Of a stretch of DNA of 64,000 nt, positions 1 through 13,808 are shown one piece after another. Below the pieces are notes generated by a model. It ran no database searches and was not told where the DNA came from. It saw only the letters and a program-made list of their open reading frames with translations. Position 1 is the stretch's first letter. Each line of letters opens with the position of its first letter. This stretch comes from Psilocybe cubensis. Its lineage: Eukaryota. A program made the translations under genes and the position numbers. The stretch covers positions 1,798,001 to 1,862,000 of the forward strand of contig CM039001.1 of assembly GCA_017499595.2 (NCBI GenBank), read 5' to 3'.

Positions 1-1088
1 CTACCCTCTTCTGTCCTTGTTGACTAACTTGAATCGCAGCGGGTCTTCTTTGAGTCAGTCTCTGCAAGCCCTGATTCAAACTTACAACACTCGGAGCTGT
101 GTACAGGCCCCACAGCCGTGCCATTTGTATGAACGAGCCGTGTATTGTGACTCTCTGATATCTCCTAAGCAGAAGGAATTTGTATCGGCTACGTCTGATT
201 GCACTTATTGTCAATGCAGTCTGTGTTGTCACCCTCGTCTGATATCCACGTAAGTATTTACCACTTGTCATGATTTGGAATGTTCTTTTACATTTTACTT
301 GTTTCGCCTAGGGATATTTTGAGAGCTCCACGTGAAAAGCTCGAGGAATCATGCAATAATGTCATTTCTGGTCTGGTGAATTACGACTTGCATATTGTCG
401 CTGCGAGATATGCGCGATATCAAAGGAGTCTTGCCATTGACGATCCTGTTGCACAAAAAGCCGCCGAAATGATGGAAGACTCAAACTACGTCGTTGAGCT
501 AGAACTATGTCATAACAAAGATGGAAAGCCACAACGGCCCTTTGAGTGTCGACTCTGCGGTTATAGAGCTGAAAAGCAGACTGTGAAGAGGCACATGCTG
601 CGTATGCACTTGAAGTCGAAGTGAGTTTGGAAATGTTGTTGATTAACTTTCATGTCCCTGATAGCTGACTTGTTCTTAGATCATTCGCATGTCCTTTTGA
701 GCATTGTGAATATCCAAATAAAATGTGTGACAGGGCTTTCTCCGAGGTATGTAAAACTTGAAGCTTGAAGAGCAGCCGTAGGCCATCACCAGAGTAACAG
801 CCTTACTATGTAGCGGAGTGGACTCAAGACGCATATAAGTTCTATGCAGTATGTCGTTTACATTAATCTAAGCAACCTGGTTGACGGGATTATCACTTTT
901 CAAGCCTTAATGATAAACCTCATAAGTGTGCATTTTGCGAGGGTTGCTTCAACGATCCTGCCAAGAGGAACCGACATATCCAAAGAAAGCACCCTGAAGT
1001 AATACTCGAGAAACGTAGGAAATACGCTTTCGATCACCTTCGCCGAAAAGAATTTGGTCAACGTTCAAGGAAATCGAAAAGGAAATGA
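1..1088 (+). CDS. C2H2 zinc-finger protein, multi-exon, 5' end probably outside window
   Basis: FECRLCGYRAEKQTVKRHMLRMH in ORF 280-624; later exons give CPFEHC and HKCAFCEGCFNDPAKRNRHIQRKH; stop TGA at 1086-1088. Confidence 0.7.
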
Positions 1089-1840
1089 TCACATCGGCCT
1101 ACCATGAGACAAAGTTATAAAGAAAATTAAATCATGGTAATCGCTTCTTTTCCGTCGGTTGTTGTTGTTTGCAATCCAAGACGCTGTTTAAAATCCATCT
1201 TGAGCTTAGCTACCTTGTTTCTCAATCCTGGATCATTCATGTTTTTGGTAATGGTATTAGGACGGTTCTGTACCAAATATAGCCCCATAGTGTCTAGCAA
1301 GGCAAACATTGACTGTATCATTATCAGCTCATTTATCCAATCTTTTCGTCCTTGAGTATCAGCCTACAGCTTATTGAAAGCTATTAACCTCTTGTCTCGA
1401 TATTTTCTCCTGCGGCTGTGTCAGGACGGTTGCACTCACCAAAATCAGCTCAAGCTCGGAGCCTACTCCGTAATTGCCTGGAATACACTCAACTAAGTAA
1501 TAGTAATAGTCTTCCGGATATTACACAATGGGTTACTTTTAATACATTATCTCTGCCGCCCTCGTATCCATCCGTCCTTTTCATCTTCTGTATTAGCGTA
1601 GATTTTGTGCCACTCTCTACAGTATGGTTGGCCACTACAAGTGAATACATATCATTTTTTAAGGTAACTTATATGATCGTGAACATGTCACATCATATCG
1701 AAGTCTGTCTAGGAGAGACTAAGTTAACTTGTACTTCATTTTCACGGTCCATGTTCCTAATTGGGAGCTATGGCTGCCGAACTGGGACGTGCGAAATTTC
1801 CACAGACGGTAGCCTTGGACGGTTTCACATTTCAAACATC

Positions 1841-2641
1841 CATGCCCCCGAACCAGCCAGTACTAGGGAGTCTTGCTGTCCAAGGTCCCTCTTTATCCCC
1901 TCAAACCATACATGTATCATCTACAACATGCCACGACCTATCTCTTTTCAAAGGTGTGTCCCGTAAATTCATTATTGTCATGTATCATGATGAGAGCCTC
2001 TGATTGTGAAAACACGAACTTGATAGAAATTCTGAAAGAGTATAGACGCTTGGATGATACAATTGTAATGCGACTAAACCGAGCTAATGCTGCCATGCGA
2101 GACCAGGATCGAACTATTGGTCTCGCTGCAAACATTACCGTTCAAGACCAAGCTTGCGACAATATCTGGCGTGAACTGGTTGGTAAGTTTTTCCTTTGGA
2201 ATTCACCCTTGCCCTGAGACATTCATGCCTTACTAAAGCCAACTGGAAGCGACGAACTCAGCTAGTTGAATTCTGTGCTTCTGTTGTTGATAAATCCCTG
2301 ACTGAAAACCAATCGGCATTGGACGACGAAACCCAAGACCCAGCTACCAGACGAAGAATACAGGGAGTGGTTTTTGCGAATGAAGTGAAGGTACTTGCTG
2401 AACAACTGTGGCTTATGTGCCAATGATAAATTATCCACAGCGCAAACAAGTTCATAACGAATTGGTAGTAGAGTCAATCGTGCGCAAGCGCTCTGCAGAT
2501 GGTATGTGCCAAATTATTTGTGATTATTCCTGGTGATACTTTTCTAAGCGTTATATAGCATTCAAAACACGGTGTAAATATTTTGTGCCTCCTCAAACGG
2601 ATGCTGAAGCCCGCAGAATGTGGGAAGCCGCCCAAAAGTAG
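1841..2641 (+). CDS. MIX23: Mix23/Cid2 (caffeine-induced death protein 2) family mitochondrial protein
   Basis: Spliced MPPNQP...TCHDLSLFK/EILKEYRRLDDTIVMRLNRANA...CDNIWREL...NWKRRTQLVEFC...FKTRCKYF. Confidence 0.8.
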
Positions 2642-2906
2642 CTTGCACACTCTTTTCATGAGCCGCATTGTCATCCTGAAAGCATTCAATCAAAACAACC
2701 GGTGTACCATTTTTCGTGGGATATTCTTCTTGATATTCAAGTACATAGTCATAAGCGAGACAGATGCCATGTATACAGTATGCCAGTGGGAAGATAATGA
2801 ATGACGCAATTAAGCGTCGTTGTGACTTAAACAGCTTATCAAGCCTCCCTTGAAGCTGAAGTTTGACAAGTAACCTTACTCGTAACGCCCACGTTCAACT
2901 ATTGTC

Positions 2907-3751
2907 ATGAAGCCATTCGCCATTGTGACTGTCCTTCCTTTGGCTCTCGCTGTACATCTACCAAACTCTGGTTATGGCAGCCAGAGCCATTGGGATGTTG
3001 TTGATGTGAAAGTTCCAGTTCAATTAGGGGTTATGAGTCGCTGTCCCGACGCCTTGTTGTGCGAAAGCAGGTTCAACGACGTTCTTGAAAAAGTAGGAGA
3101 CAAAATGGATCTTTCTTTGGTTTATGTGGCAAGGTGAGTCATTATTGAATACAGAAGCCGATCTGTCGTGAACGAGCTTCGTGGAACAGTATTAATGATT
3201 CTGAACCTGATTTCGGCGTTTCATGTCTACATGGTCCTGAGGAGTGCGCAGGAAACGTTCAACAATTATGTGTAAACAAATATGCGCCTTTCTCGAACTG
3301 GTGGGAATTCGTAAAATGCCAAAATTTCCAAGGAAGATATAATATTGGAACACCAGAAGTTGCTTTAAAATGTGCCACTACAGCCGGAATCGATTGGCAA
3401 ATGAGTGGCGCTGGGGAATGCGCAGGTCTCGATGGAAGCGGAAAGGCACTTGAAGGAGTGGACTTGTTGCGCAAAAGTACTCTTCTTGGAAAAGAGCTGA
3501 AAATCACGTAGGCCTTGACAAAATTCATACCTTTCCCATAACTGAAGGTCGTCCGTAGGAAAAGCTGCACGGTACTTATCAGTGGTCGTGCTGTATGCGT
3601 ACATGACGGCACCTGGAAAGATTGCGAGGTCAGTGGTTCGCACCTATTACTTTTGTTCTTCAGGCTAAAGATTGCATGAATATAGAATGGCCACACAATC
3701 AGCGATTTCGTCCGGCAGATAGAAGATGAATATAAGAAATTGAACAAGTAA
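2907..3751 (+). CDS. Secreted GILT-like thiol reductase
   Basis: Signal peptide; VMSRCPDA, CLHGPEECAGNVQQLC, KSCTVLISGRAVCVHDGTWKDC motifs. Confidence 0.8.
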
Positions 3752-3889
3752 TAGCCATTCCTTTCTCTACGTGCATTAATTTGAGGTCTTGTGGTCGGGT
3801 ATCCCTTCAATTCATAAAATCGGAATTGAATTTATTGCATATTTCTTACGCGTCAAAGTTAAAAAACAGCAACGATGTAGGTGCATTTG

Positions 3890-4303
3890 TTATCCCCATG
3901 CTAATTCATAAAGAATCACGACGGTATTAATTACTATGAGAGGTACTGATATCGCTGGTTAGGAAGAACTTTTCCACAGAAAAAGTATCAAAACCCACTC
4001 CGCATTAATGTGCGCACAGCGCTGATGAGGTCAATCAATCTTGCTTTCATGCCAGCTTCCCCTTGAACTGTGCCATAAGCATTTGTGTGGTCGTATGTTT
4101 GTTGGAATCCAGTATTAACATCCCGTATTTGCCGTGAAGCTGATACCCAGCCAACTGTTTGAAGGGACACCTCAGTACACAATACACGTACACAGTGAAG
4201 GATATTTACTTCTAGCCAAAAATCGGTCTTCACTCAGTATAGCCATGGCATTGATCAAAAGCAATGCAACGTAAATCATGGTGCCAATGCCGAAGAGCGA
4301 CAT
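3890..4303 (-). CDS. YOS1: Yos1/IER3IP1 ER-Golgi transport membrane protein
   Basis: Spliced MSLFGIGTMIYVALLLINAMAILSEDRFLAR...KARLIDLISAVRTLMR/VPLIVINTVVILYELAWG*. Confidence 0.9.
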
Positions 4304-4507
4304 TTCGAAGACTTTAACGATTCAATGTCCTAAGTAATGGCCAGGCGCGTTTGAATAAAGTGAAAGCAGAGGTCAGGAATGCATTTAAAGTTCGCCGTGT
4401 GGTGACAGTGTGCCTTGTCGTGTCCCGTGCGCGTGATGCGTGACACCATTGCTTCATAGTTAAATCAATTCCTAGTTCTTATGTCCATTCAACTTGGCGG
4501 ACACCCG

Positions 4508-5516
4508 ATGCAGGTTTTCCAAAGCAGTGGTACGTGTATTTTGCTGCTTTATACATGTAAATAACAATTGAATGAAAATTCAGGCGCACGCCTGCTCAGG
4601 CGTTCGCTGTTAACAACCACCACTTCGTTCGCGCCTGCGTGTAGCAGAAGGTACAAAAAACTTGCCTCCGTATGTTAAAAGATTATTCTTTACTTCCTCT
4701 TCAATAGCGCAAGCTTCTTTCGCCCCCTAGAATGGGTGAAAGAGAAACTGGGACCCGGTGTCAAGGAGGCACAGACTACTGAACAAGTCCAAGTTGCGAA
4801 AGAATTGGCCAAGCAAGAAGGAACGGCCAACTTATTTGATGATATCGCCGAAGCAAAAATCAAACCGGTCTCTCGAGGGAAAGAAGGCGGTAGTGAAGAT
4901 GTCGTCCGAAAGTCCAAAGGTATCAGCAAACCGAAGCCCAATTTCGTGTGTGAATTCTTACTATTATTTCAGACACAAACTGATACACAATTTTCTTCGC
5001 ATTGTAGCACAAATACTCGACAGCTAACTTCAAAATATCGCATCGCAAATTAAATATGCTCGGGAAGCAGATATCAGGAAAACCAATAGATTATGCCATC
5101 CTGCAGATGCAGTTCAGCGAAAAGCGTGCCAGCACGCGCATCATGAACATGCTCGCTACTGCTAGAGACCATGCCACTCGATATAAGAAATTATCAGAGG
5201 GAAAGCTTGTTGTCGGTGAGTGAAATGATAATACCATTCGCTGTCTTTCTAAATCTTCACACATTTTATCTTCCCAGCCGAAGCATGGGTAACTAAAGGT
5301 CCTCGTCTTCCTGCTAGAATGGAAGCTAGAGGAAGAGGTCACTACGGCACTCGAACACACCCGAACTCAAAACTCAGTGTTGTTTTGAAGGAAGGCAAGA
5401 CGATAGAGCAGGAAAAGGCTGCTGCGAGGAAAAGGAAGCTGAAGAAAATTGTGTCTGCTGCTCTTGTCCGTGAAGATAAACCAATTCGGAACCCTTCGCC
5501 AACATGGGGCTGGTAA
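4508..5516 (+). CDS. MRPL22: Mitochondrial ribosomal protein uL22m
   Basis: [42 protein letters not shown]...ARGRGHYG motifs. Confidence 0.85.
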
Positions 5517-5700
5517 TGTAGATGTAATTTACTGTCATACACACTATAATGCTATTTGATCGAGCTCTATAAGAACTTGAATGAGCAAGAGCGATTGTCT
5601 ACTTTGGAAAGCCATTCGCTAAAAATAGTTGCACCGATTTGGACACGTCAGTATAATATATTCTGAACACGCACCTACTTTCCGTTAAACAACAACCACG

Positions 5701-7437
5701 ATGCCAAAATGCTGGCTCAGTCTTTCGCTCTTTCTCTTCGCGGCAAATACGTATGCGTCAAGTCAATCTTTTGAAAATACCGCCATAGTCCGCACAGTTG
5801 AACTAGGGGGGGCAGTCGTCCACGTCACAACAACGTATGCGATCAAGGCTCTCGAGGACGGCCAGAAATCTTATACGATTGCTCTCGGACGCGGCGAAAA
5901 GGAGATCACTAGCTTCTTAGAAGCAAAAGTGAAGGGTCAGCAGCAAGCGTTACAAGTGAAAGAACGCGTTTTAGACGTCAATGAGTGAGTGCGATCTAAA
6001 TGTCGCTTCCTGCGAACTTGGCTCACACACATATGTCTGTGAAGGGATTATCATCTTTTCGATATCGTACTTCCGAAATCCTTGACTACCAATAAAACTT
6101 TAAATCTTGTTCTGGAGACCGTTCAAACCCACGTTACAAGACCATGGCCAGCCACTGCTGGGCAAAACGAAGAACAGGCTCTCAATTATTCCACGAACCT
6201 ATTCGTGCTGAGCCCATACGCGACGTCCATCCAACGAACCAAGATAAAGTATGTCAAATCAATACACATATACCGGTGCAAATATTTATGATATACGTAT
6301 GTTAGGGCATTGACACCTCGAGTGAACTCGTTTACGATCCCTGACCGTGTCAAAGCCTTCTCAGACTCAACCCCAGCATCGAAATCAGGCGCGACCGTTG
6401 TCTATGGACCCTTTGAGGGCATTCCACCGAGCACACAATCTTCCTTCATTGCAGAATACCAGCAACCCGTCACCGTACACTACAATCACGAGCAACCCGT
6501 TCTGGAAGTTCTCAGGCTTGAACGTAGCGCTGAAATCAGTCACTGGGGAGCCAATCTTAACATCCAGGATAACATTGTTTTACATAACGCTGGACCCAAG
6601 TAAGCTCGTCGTTTTATACCGCCCTTAATTTGTACTGAATTTTTCCAAGATTGAAAGGCCATTTCTCACGTTTAGATCATCAGACGCAGGCCTTCTACAA
6701 GCGCCCTGCTCCTCATGTATTGCCTGCTTTGACCCTACATCTTCCTTCGGGTATCAGAAACGCGTACTACTACGATATCATTGGCAACGTGTCCACGTCG
6801 AAATTGAGAACTGCTCCTTCAGTTCCCAAGGAAAAGCAAGGGACTCAGTTCAGCGTGTTTGAGTTCAGACCTCGTTACCCTATCCTTGGTGGATGGAACT
6901 ATACATTTACTCTAGGATGGGACTCGCCCCTCGAAGATTCTACCAGCTATGATAAATCCACTGGTCGTTATATCGTCGAAATCCCCATCATGACTCCAAT
7001 CCTAGGCGCGGTAGTCAACGACGAAGAGCTTACTGTCATTTTGCCGGAAGGCGCAACGTGAGTTACCAGTGATGTTTTTTGAAAATATTCACCAAACTCA
7101 AACCAAACCAATAGAGATGTCCAATATGCGACACCCTTCCCCGCGGGATCGACTTCCGTCGGGACGCATACCACCTACCTCGACACAACTGGACGCCCGG
7201 CCTTGACATTCCAATACAAAAATTTGACAGTCAAACACGCCCAAACAATATTTGTAGGTCCATTGAGATGGTACTTCGACACGAGCTAATGTATGTTTCT
7301 AGGTATCGTACAAGGTCTCGCCGTTGGCACACCTCAAAAAGCCTATCGCTGTCGGAACGGCGTTCCTGGGCCTTTTCACTTTGGGGATGATCGCTCGAAG
7401 AGTGAACTTGACCCTTCACCAAAAGAAAAAGGTGTAA
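5701..7437 (+). CDS. OST1: Ribophorin I, oligosaccharyltransferase alpha subunit
   Basis: Signal peptide; EISHWGANLNIQD, LKGHFSRLDHQ, YYYDIIGNVSTS, RPRYPILGGWNYTF, TYLDTTGRP; C-terminal TM. Confidence 0.95.
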
Positions 7438-7492
7438 TAAAGAAATGCAATTTTAATATTATTTTTTGTTGTATTGCAAGTCGCCAGCACGT

Positions 7493-8187
7493 CTATTTCA
7501 TATTGTTATTACGCATGAAACCGTGAAGAGTCATCATCTGACAATTTGCCGGTGGTGGTTGACTGTTGAAAGACAAGGGATTAATCAAATTGACGTGAAG
7601 AAAGCCAATGATGAACTCACGGAATTATGGACATGAAGACGTTGAACTTCCCGCTATCCAAAAGGCATCGAAAGTAAAGGCCGTTGTTACTTTTTCCTCC
7701 TGGAAAGTCATAATAAAGACTGGTTGCTTTCCATCTCCATGCTCCCTGTGTAACTCCATCTCGTTTCTTGCCGAGAATTAGCTGCATTGGCAGCTCATGT
7801 GTACCAGTTGAATTGTGGACATTGACAGGATAAACGGTGGTCTCATTCACGAGTAAATACAATTGATTTTGATTGATGTAGAAATATGGAGGCTCGCGGT
7901 TGTTTGATATGACAGACAAGTTTCCCAATTCGCCTGAATTTGAGAAATGGGAAACGCGTTAGCAATCTCGCACGGCATGGTACAAGTGGCAATGTACCTG
8001 GTCTGTGAACAGAAAGGTGTCTGGCAATTGATCCTGAGGCTACCGGTCCCTTAGCCTCGATAAATGAGGCGCCTGGTATCAGAGAGCCCATTGAGCTTCG
8101 ACCGTTCATGCCTTCCCATGTCGGTACAGCAGAGACGAGATGGAGGGTGAACAGAAAGGCCAGAAGAGTGAAAGAAACATCTTTCAT
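7493..8187 (-). CDS. Small secreted hypothetical protein (3 exons)
   Basis: Signal peptide MKDVSFTLLAFLFTLHLVSA; exons joined by GT-AG introns; ends QPPPANCQMMTLHGFMRNNNMK*. Confidence 0.6.
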
Positions 8188-8806
8188 CGAAAACATGACG
8201 ATCTGAAGGGAGCGCGATGTAGTGAAGAAACAGCGAGTAGCAACGGCAGGGTTCTTATGTCTCGGAAAAGCATCGCAAAGACAAACGTGGAGTTTTGTTT
8301 GGATTGTCCGAACTTGAAGCGGATCGAGGTTTCCTTGGGGTCTTCACTAAGGAAGAAGCGCGGAGCTTACGGTGTCAGCCCAGTCAGTGGTAGAGCAGTC
8401 AGATTTCGGCTCTTTGAGTTGTCATGCAAATGCGAAAGGCGTTTACTGGACAGCGTATATATAGGTCTGACCTCAGTGCGAGGCCTGCATGAATTCAGAT
8501 GGCGGGCCATACGTCGATGGCAGCAATCATTGCAACATAGAATTAGATGGTGGATATAATCTAAGTTGGAAGCATATGTGCTATGAAGATGCTGTATTGC
8601 GAACAAGTGGTGGTGGTGAAGAAGAAAGACGGACTGGAAAGGCAGAGGCGGGTGATTAGAGTAAATTTAGACGAGAGTCTATTTCAATTTCTAAATCCAA
8701 TTTGACTTGATCTTATGACCAATTTGGGACTTTGAATTTTTCCGCTCGACCACTTACTTCCACGTTACCATTAGATCATAATTCATCGCTTCTCCAGTCA
8801 CCCAGC

Positions 8807-10850
8807 ATGCTCCGGAAAATCACTCGGGATGGTAGCAATATCGTTCTCGAGCGCGTCTTGTCGCCTGTGGGCTCACATACCCTGCACCACGCGTCTTTGA
8901 AAGCCTTCTCGACATGGTTGGACGCGCATCACTCACCACAAATCAACATACCAGAGACATGCTCCTTGGTACCACTGCAACGACAACCGAGCAGTCGAAG
9001 GTTTGCATCGACACGTCACTCACCACAACGCGGCTCCGGAAAAGAGGCTGATGTTTCGCAGTTGCCTCGCTTTCTCCGAAGACAACACCTCCAAAAAAGC
9101 TCAACACAAGAAATTGCTAAGTCCCACGTCAAGTCTGCTTCTGATATGCAACCACAAGCTACAGCATCATCGTCCAAATCAGCCGTTTTCCGCTCGCGAC
9201 ACTATGATCCCGAGCAAGAAAAGACACCAAAGTCTGAGCTTCGGCCTCTGGAACCTCATGTGTTGTCGGCAAGGTTAAAAAAACTTTGCGACTCAGGCAA
9301 GATTGACGACGCAGTATACATGCTCAAGAACGCCCCATTGGACGCTCAGAACACACAAGTGTGGAACACTTTGATATGGGAATGCTTAAAAGGAAAGAGA
9401 TTCCAGCTTGGCTATCAACTGTACATTGATGTGAGTGCTTTTGGTCCGTGTCTATGTATCGATACTCAAAACGCGAAAGATGAAAAGAAGAGGGTTTAGC
9501 CCCAGTACAAGAACCTTCCAAACCTTCTTCAGTGGTTTATCAAGGATAGAGCATTGGCATACGCATCCAAAACAGCTTACAAATGCTCGTTCATTGTACG
9601 AGGCCTTTAAGCGTCACATATCGTCGCTAAAAATACACGACCCTACCAACCCTGATCTGACAATTGAACCTCTTGGTGGATACATTCGCATTTTGGGAAA
9701 TGCTGGTCAATATCAAGAGATTTTCGACGTGTATTATTCAATGGACCAAAGCGGACCCTTGGCTCCCAGTCAGTACATTTACACATGCCTATTTCAAGCG
9801 ATAGCTGCTGCAAGAAATGACACTGCGGAGGGTAGTGCCAAGGTCGCCGCAGACGCTCGTATGCTCTGGACTCAATTGACCAGAGCTGCCAAAAAGGCAG
9901 GCTTCACCCCCGACTCTTACACTGCGGTCTCCGCCGTTAAAGCTTTGACTGGCGGTAATGACACAGACCATGATCTTGCATTCCGAATCATTGAAGAAAC
10001 CTTCGGTTTGGTGGCGGATCGCGCCATCTCCAAATCTGGCCTCTTCCCTCTTCAGGCTGAGCCCATGGGTGTCATTTTGAAGTTCTGCAATGAAACAACA
10101 AACTACACCAAGTGCCGCCAATTCTATCAGCAAGTCAAGAGAAGGCCGGAGGAAGCTGGTGGGGTGGCCATTCTAGATCGAATGCACATGGAGGAAGTTT
10201 TGAAAGCAGAAATAGCATTGCGAGAACCCGGACTGGGATATCATGCTGTCGAACTCCTTGAGTGGATGTTGCGTCAAGAAATCACAGGTGCGAACGGCCC
10301 CAAAATCCGACCAGGACATTCGACCTACAATCTTGTCATGCTGGCATGTTGGCGAAGCGCGGACTGGAATTCGGCTGCACGTACTTTCGACTTGATGAGT
10401 GGTTATCACTCGCATGACTTCAAGGACGGCGCCGTTTCTCAGAATCCGAGGTTCGACAAGCGCGGTCCTGGGAGAAACCTCCCAGCGACCGCAGAATTCA
10501 TGTCCTCCATGCTCAAAACTGCCCAAGCTACGAATAATCGCGCCGATATGCGTCAGGCTCTGCGTATTACCGACTACCTTGGTTTTGAACAACTTCTTCG
10601 CACAGGTGGGAATGAAAAGAATGAGACCATGAAATTGGCCAAGAATCGACAATTCTTTGGCAATAAATTTGCCAGTGCTGTGCTTGAGACAGTGAACATT
10701 GTTATGGAAGATAATGGAAAACACGCGAAACCTGAAGAGGCCAAGAAGTGGAGAGCATTAGCTACCGAAGCAAGAAAACAACTCGGTGTGCTAACTGACG
10801 TACCCTCCAAGACAATACGCTCCCGCGATGCTTCGATTACATTGACCTAG
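8807..10850 (+). CDS. Pentatricopeptide repeat (PPR) protein, probably mitochondrial
   Basis: QVWNTLIWECLKGKRFQLGYQLYID/MKRRGFSPSTRTFQTFFSG; STYNLVMLACWR; one intron near 9431-9479. Confidence 0.85.
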
Positions 10851-11090
10851 TATTTATTACTCAACTATCCTAGCAAGGATTCAGAGATTGAATTCTGCTG
10901 TATTTTCCGTATGATTTCATTAGCATGTGCCAAACAATGATATAATTAATTAGCGGTCAGTGTGCGCTTAATAGTCCATACCCACAGCTCGTATTAGAAG
11001 ATCCACTACTCGACTTTCAAACCCCACCAATGCAATGCATAGCAATACGTTAAAGATAGTCCGTATGTAAATAACAACAAATCAGCCAAA

Positions 11091-13346
11091 CTATGCTACA
11101 GATTTAGGCCTGTCGCCTGGGCTTCCCTTGCCACCTTCCCGGTCAAAGCTATGGAAGGCAGGAGAAGGAGGGACAAAGGTATCTTCAGTCAATGCCATTG
11201 ATACCGGCTGGTAACTATGGTTTGCCTGCGGGGATCCTGCAATATAAGTGTTTCTGGGGTTCATAGGCATAGAGCTCATTGTGGAATTTATCGACCCGGG
11301 TATAGGGCTCTGGCGACTTCGAGGTGTCCTAGCGGTCACAGCGGGTTGTCGTAATTTACGTTTGCGGCAAAACGAAATCATCCACACGACGCAACACACG
11401 ATGAGGATGAGGGCATTAAGAGCGACGATGCCGAGCATAGCAGGTATGTATTTGCCGATCAATTCGAGAGATTCAGAGATGTCGTTAGAGATTGCAAAAC
11501 TTGGTGCCACTGAAGCGCCGTCCAGTCCTACGAAGGTAATATTTGTCCTGGGAGTACCTCCGCGCTCTTTGTGGAATTCGATAGAGCTTTCGTCGGCGTC
11601 AACAATTGATAAAAACTTCATGTATGGGTCGCCCATATTGCCGGAAGCATCGAAATCGCCAAAGTCATAGACAGAATAGACGGATCGCAAAAAGTTATCG
11701 CCGACTAACCAGTCACTAAGCAAGGAGTCAATCAGAATCCGAAGAAAGAGCAAACAAAAAAAAAACGCACAAATCGTTGCCAATGTCAAATGATTGAGGA
11801 ATGAATGAACCGAGGCAAACAGTGGGGTCAACTGCGTTGGCAGGGTTGACGTCCAATGGATGTATTGGGAAAACTTGACCCCTGGGGTTCATGTATAAGT
11901 CATTACATTTACAGAGGCGCCGAAGGCATCACTTACCCAACTTGGAAAGCCATATTGATCTCTGCAGAACACGGTACTCTCCAGTAGCCAATAGCTGGAT
12001 CAAAAGCAGCACCGGCAACATTCCCATAGATTGCATCACATATTTCTTTTGGTGCATACCTGAGGACTATTGAGAGACAAACAAATAAGATAAAAAAAAG
12101 GAACACACGTATACGAAGAACCGCTATCCATTAGAACGACTGCTTTGTTACTTGGCGCTCCATTGACCTTGGTGCTGGGTACTGTGATAGTCTCGTTTAC
12201 GATGATAGCGTCAAGGAGTACATTCCAACGATACGGGTTATGTACAGGCCATGTTGAGATACGTTCGTTCCCAGACACAGAAGAATACAATGGATCAAGT
12301 TCACCTTGCAAATAACTTAGTCACTACTGTAGTAACCAAGGGGGAAGCAACTCACCTATTGAAAAGCTTCCTTCAACATCGTCTCCAGGCTGTGTGCTTC
12401 TTTGCAGCGCAAAAGCAATGAAGTTTGGTTCGGAAGGGTTGGCCTCAAAGAGATTGAAGAGAAGACTTCGACCTTGAGCAGAATTAGTGTTGTTAATCTT
12501 CATGTCGATGTTGGAGAGTCTAGTAAATCCAAGTCCTGCAATTCCTTGAGCTCCATAACCGAGAGCAGGGTTGTTAACTTGATCTGCGTCGACAAGGGCC
12601 TGCGAGGGCACTGATATGCTGTAAAGAATGTGATGATCAGAATACAAAGTAAGCGCAACATGCAAGCCTGCGTACCCCACAAATTCCACAGGGGCATAAG
12701 CAATGTTGCCGTTTGCCCATCCGATAGCATACTAGGCAAAATATAAAACCAAAAGATGATCATGAAGAACATTGATGAGTACTCACGGATAGGTTCAGGG
12801 AAATATCCTGCAGCAAGAATAATGATGAGCAGCAAGAGCGACCGCAGTAATCGGTGTGTACTGACCGTTTGTTTGAGGTTGGGTATAGGATGTGTAGGTC
12901 CTTTGATAAACAAATCCGAGGAACCTGTGTCCAGCTGCACAGGGTATTCTAAGGTGGGAAATACGGTGAATGTCAAGGGGACATTGTTGGACACTACGAG
13001 CACTGACCAACACCTCCGACAGTAATCTGCAAGGCACATTAGAGTTGGGTGGCAGGGCATTCTGATGTCTTGGGTTAAGCTTACATTGGCAATGTAGATC
13101 AGGTCATGAACAGAGCTAAGGCCGAATTAGCGCCGCTAGAAGGACTTGAAAGCGAAGAACACACTTGAGGTCAAACGAATTGCTCTCTGCCAGGTCGACG
13201 TTAATTTGAAGATCTGAAGGGGAGTTGGAGGGAGAGCGCGGCTGAAAGGATGAAGCATGTTTGATTTTCTTGACGGTGATTCTATGGGCCGATACGGATA
13301 AAAAGGCAGCAAAGAGAAGAAGAGAACGGGAGAGAGATAGCCTCAT
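11091..13346 (-). CDS. A1-family aspartic protease with C-terminal transmembrane segment
   Basis: Signal peptide; catalytic LDTGSSD and MDSGSSY; LVGDNFLRSVYSVYDFG; TM IPAMLGIVALNALILIVCCVVW. Confidence 0.9.
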
Positions 13347-13808
13347 GACTGGGGAAAAGGATAGGGAATGTTGTTGGTAAAGAACGTGCTCGAGAGAGGG
13401 GGAGAGGGAGGGGGACGAAGACGGAGACGAAGACTCGTCAGAACTGACTGTCGCAGTCAGGACTTAGCAGTGTCGGCTCCTTGTTTTCCTCCGAGAACAC
13501 CTTGTTTGTGTATTTTGATGTCGAGTCGCTGTACGTAAATTCTGCGGCGCTGGCCTTAATTTTGCATACAGACTCAAAGAGACTCTATTCGCATGTAAAT
13601 ACTTGATAGCTACGCTGCCACTAGTCGCTCTCAGGAGTCAGAACACAACCCACCAGGCATCCTGTTGTCAAGCAGGGTACTGCTCAAAGTTAAATACACC
13701 GCTCGGCAATCATTCGGCACCACTTCCCCACCTTTTCAATAGCCGGTCCGGAGCTTCCCCACTTGCAGTCCTTCTCGTTCAATTCCCAAGCTTGTACTCC
13801 AGTTCACC

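Noticed and set aside
1418-1966. 182-aa ORF upstream of MIX23
   Set aside because: Non-ATG start, no recognisable motifs, overlaps the real gene in another frame.
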